The position numbers were made by a program, and so were the translations under genes. 64,000 nt of DNA, from the NCBI GenBank assembly GCA_963664405.1, contig OY761158.1, positions 800,001 to 864,000 of the forward strand, read 5' to 3'. The notes under the pieces were generated by a model that saw nothing but the letters and a program-made list of their open reading frames with translations, was not told the origin of the DNA and did no database searches. Source of the DNA: Thermoanaerobaculia bacterium. Lineage in GTDB: Bacteria; Acidobacteriota; Thermoanaerobaculia; Multivoradales; Multivoraceae. Positions 59,585-64,000 of the stretch are shown in pieces. The number at the start of each line of letters is the position of its first letter. Within the stretch, counting starts at the first letter, position 1.

Positions 59585-60535
59585 GTGAGCGACAGACCGC
59601 AGGACGCCCCGCCAAGCGAAGGCGCGGTGGCTGCACTCCTGGAGCATCTTCCCGTCGGTTGGAGGGAACGGTTGACCGAGATGGTCGATCTCGACACCGG
59701 GCAGGTCGATTGGCTCGGAGGCGAGTCGGCGCGGGTGGGCGGCAATCTGCTGCTCCTCCTCGACCGGGGGTGGCCCGAGATGGTCGCAGTGGGCGGCCGC
59801 ATGGCCGTCTACGCGGTGACCGGTACGCTGCTGGTCGGAGTGGCAACAGCAGTTTTGGGCTGGGCCCTCTATTTGCTCGTTGCCGGCCGACTACTTAAGA
59901 GAGGCTGGAACACTGGGCGTCTAATTGGCTGCATCGCCGCTACAGCGATCGTCCTCAGCGCTGGTGCCGGGGGTTGCTGGGCGGGTCTGTGGCTCGGCGC
60001 CGGCAGAGCGCTCGAAGAGGCGATCGAGCAGAGGTACGTGGTCGAGAGGATGGCTGCCGCCACCTTTCTGGCCTTCACCCTCGACGAGGGAGAGTACCCG
60101 CAGGGAATCGACACCGACGAGGTCGACGCGCTCCTCGATCGCGCCCAGAGTCGCAGCGCCGAGTCATGGGCTTCTTTTCGGGACCGCGCCGAAGCGGTCG
60201 CGGGCGACGCCGGTTTGGAGCAGCCGGGATGGCTGCCGGCAGATCTGATCGTAGGTGCGGTCCAACGGCTCGGCGGCGGCGGTGAGCCCGACTTGATCGC
60301 CCTCCACGGGGTGCTGTCGACCCCCGAGGTGTCAGACCGTGGAGACGCGTTGCCGCAGACGGCAGGGATCAGGAAGCGTGCGGTAGGGCTATTGCGGGGA
60401 ACTGTCTTCATGCAGGTCGCGACGGGGGTGGGGCTCGGCCTCGTTCTACCGCTCGTCGCCCTCGTGCTCTTCGGCCTGCTCGGTTCCGCCTTTCGTCGAG
60501 GCTCGCGCCCAGCGCATGACACCACGAACCGGTAG
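59585..60535 (+). CDS. Hypothetical membrane protein
   Basis: 316 aa, about three TM helices, host-like codon usage. Confidence 0.65.
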   Translation: MSDRPQDAPPSEGAVAALLEHLPVGWRERLTEMVDLDTGQVDWLGGESARVGGNLLLLLDRGWPEMVAVGGRMAVYAVTGTLLVGVATAVLGWALYLLVAGRLLKRGWNTGRLIGCIAATAIVLSAGAGGCWAGLWLGAGRALEEAIEQRYVVERMAAATFLAFTLDEGEYPQGIDTDEVDALLDRAQSRSAESWASFRDRAEAVAGDAGLEQPGWLPADLIVGAVQRLGGGGEPDLIALHGVLSTPEVSDRGDALPQTAGIRKRAVGLLRGTVFMQVATGVGLGLVLPLVALVLFGLLGSAFRRGSRPAHDTTNR

Positions 60536-60565
60536 AATCTCCGCTCCTCGGAGAAGGGCGAGATC

Positions 60566-63013
<2,448 letters not shown>

Positions 63014-63141
63014 CTTTCGATATCTTTCGGAAATGATGAATATCATTTCCGAAAGATCTTTGTTTTCTGCGCCGAGGACGGCGCTCTTAGGCCTTGCTTC
63101 CTATTCGCTCCGGGGAACGGCGCAGCCCGATTCTGCGAGTC
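63014..63141 (+). repeat. Solo copy of two-hairpin repeat with conserved tail, between convergent stops
   Basis: TCTTTCGGAAATGATGAATATCATTTCCGAAAGA, GCGCCGAGGACGGCGC, TTGCTTCCTATTCGCTC; CTAG 63010-63013 and TTAG 63142-63145. Confidence 0.8.
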
Positions 63142-63624
63142 TTAGGGCCGGCCGGCGCCGAGAACCGAGCCGCTGCGTCTGCGCCATAAGACCCACAGTG
63201 CGCCGAGGGTGCCCAGGCTGAGGACACCGGCGTAGCTCGCGAAGAGATCCGCGAGCGAGAAGTTGCGCCCAGGGATGAGCATCTGGCTCACTTCCTCTAG
63301 CGTTACGAAGACGAGGACCAGGGTGAGTGTGCCGAGGACTCCCAATGGACGACCGAGAACGACGACAGACGAAAGGCCGATCACTACGGCAAGAGAGACA
63401 CTGCCCATGACGACGAAGTGCCCCAGCTTGTCTCCGCCGGGAAGGCTCCACAGAGGCAGGAAGAGATGCGGGTGGGTGCTGGCGACCAGGCTGATCACTC
63501 CAGCGCCGAGGACGGCCAGCCATGCCAACCGCCGCGCCAGCACATCAGACGGTCGTGAAGCGGCCGATGGGTCGGGAGACTGACGAGACACTCCGATGGA
63601 CTCTAGCAGTCCCAGATGCTCCAA
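63142..63624 (-). CDS. VanZ-like membrane protein
   Basis: DKLGHF, EEVSQMLIPGRNFSLADL; start uncertain. Confidence 0.82.
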   Translation of the reverse strand: MEHLGLLESIGVSRQSPDPSAASRPSDVLARRLAWLAVLGAGVISLVASTHPHLFLPLWSLPGGDKLGHFVVMGSVSLAVVIGLSSVVVLGRPLGVLGTLTLVLVFVTLEEVSQMLIPGRNFSLADLFASYAGVLSLGTLGALWVLWRRRSGSVLGAGRP

Positions 63625-63650
63625 TGGGGCGCACGCGCTACAATAGAGCC

Positions 63651-63911
63651 ATGCCTGGCGTAGGAAACACGGTCGGTGGCGGCTTGATCGCCCGCCTGCT
63701 CGGCAGACTGCGCTACCCGCAGCTATTCGCCCTGCTTGCCGGCCTCTTTCTGCTCGACTTTCTCATCCCAGATCCCATCCCCTTTGTCGACGAAGTGGCC
63801 CTGGGTGTGCTCACTTTGATGCTGGCGATGTGGAAAGAGCGGCAGTCGGAGATACCGCTCGTCAAGCCGACCGAGAAGAACGTCACACCGGGGCCGAAGC
63901 GGCAGCGTTGA
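63651..63911 (+). CDS. Small membrane protein (DUF6116-like)
   Basis: LRYPQLF...DFLIPDPIPFVDE..LG.LTL. Confidence 0.75.
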   Translation: MPGVGNTVGGGLIARLLGRLRYPQLFALLAGLFLLDFLIPDPIPFVDEVALGVLTLMLAMWKERQSEIPLVKPTEKNVTPGPKRQR

Positions 63912-63925
63912 AGAGAGTGGCGTGT

Positions 63926-64000
63926 ATGTACCCGCTCACCGAAGCCATCACGACCGTCCTCCTCACGGTCACCGCTTCGGTAGCAGCACCAGCCAGCGAG
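63926..64000 (+). CDS. Possible 5' end of a secreted protein (runs off window)
   Basis: MYPLTEAITTVLLTVTASVAAPASE, signal-like and open to the window end; too short to identify. Confidence 0.3.
   Translation, partial: MYPLTEAITTVLLTVTASVAAPASE

Noticed and set aside
63503-63516. GCGCCGAGGACGGC inside the vanZ-like gene
   Set aside because: Partial match in coding sequence (LAVLGA) without the partner palindrome; plausible by chance at high GC.

Overview
A GC-rich 64-kb bacterial chromosomal segment, inferred to be Acidobacteriota (probably Thermoanaerobaculia-like) from an acidobacterial-type VWA protein and DWPQFRGP beta-propeller genes. It runs from a partial serC to leuS/vanZ and contains about 50 genes: hydrolases and sulfatases, an RND pump, an F420 module (npdG-cofE-cofD plus a divergent LLM oxidoreductase), an OlsB/OlsA-like acyltransferase pair, two unusual ATP-grasp proteins, a divergent locus with three different Rieske-domain fusion enzymes, and a divergent DUF3604 paralog pair. 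No rRNA, tRNA or CRISPR array was seen. Features the ORF track misses: (i) a UGA-recoded selenoprotein (AhpC/TSA redoxin, WUPFC, with a SECIS-like hairpin); (ii) a two-hairpin repeat family (GGAAATGAT-N4-ATCATTTCC plus GCGCCG-AGGA-CGGCGC) at four loci, as tandem arrays and as ~125-bp solo elements flanked by (C/T)TAG; (iii) a nested IS30/IS3/IS30 composite with a 3-bp TSD that splits a PAS-GGDEF-EAL gene, and an IS1380 with a 6-bp TSD that splits a Cpx-like sensor kinase; (iv) several decayed genes; (v) a probable CTG start and probable leaderless genes. The best candidates for an undescribed system are the triple-Rieske redox locus, a putative peptidolipid pathway (OlsB/OlsA plus a hydrolase-DedA-ATP-grasp fusion) and the repeat family. 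All functional assignments come from motif recognition by eye; no database searches were run.
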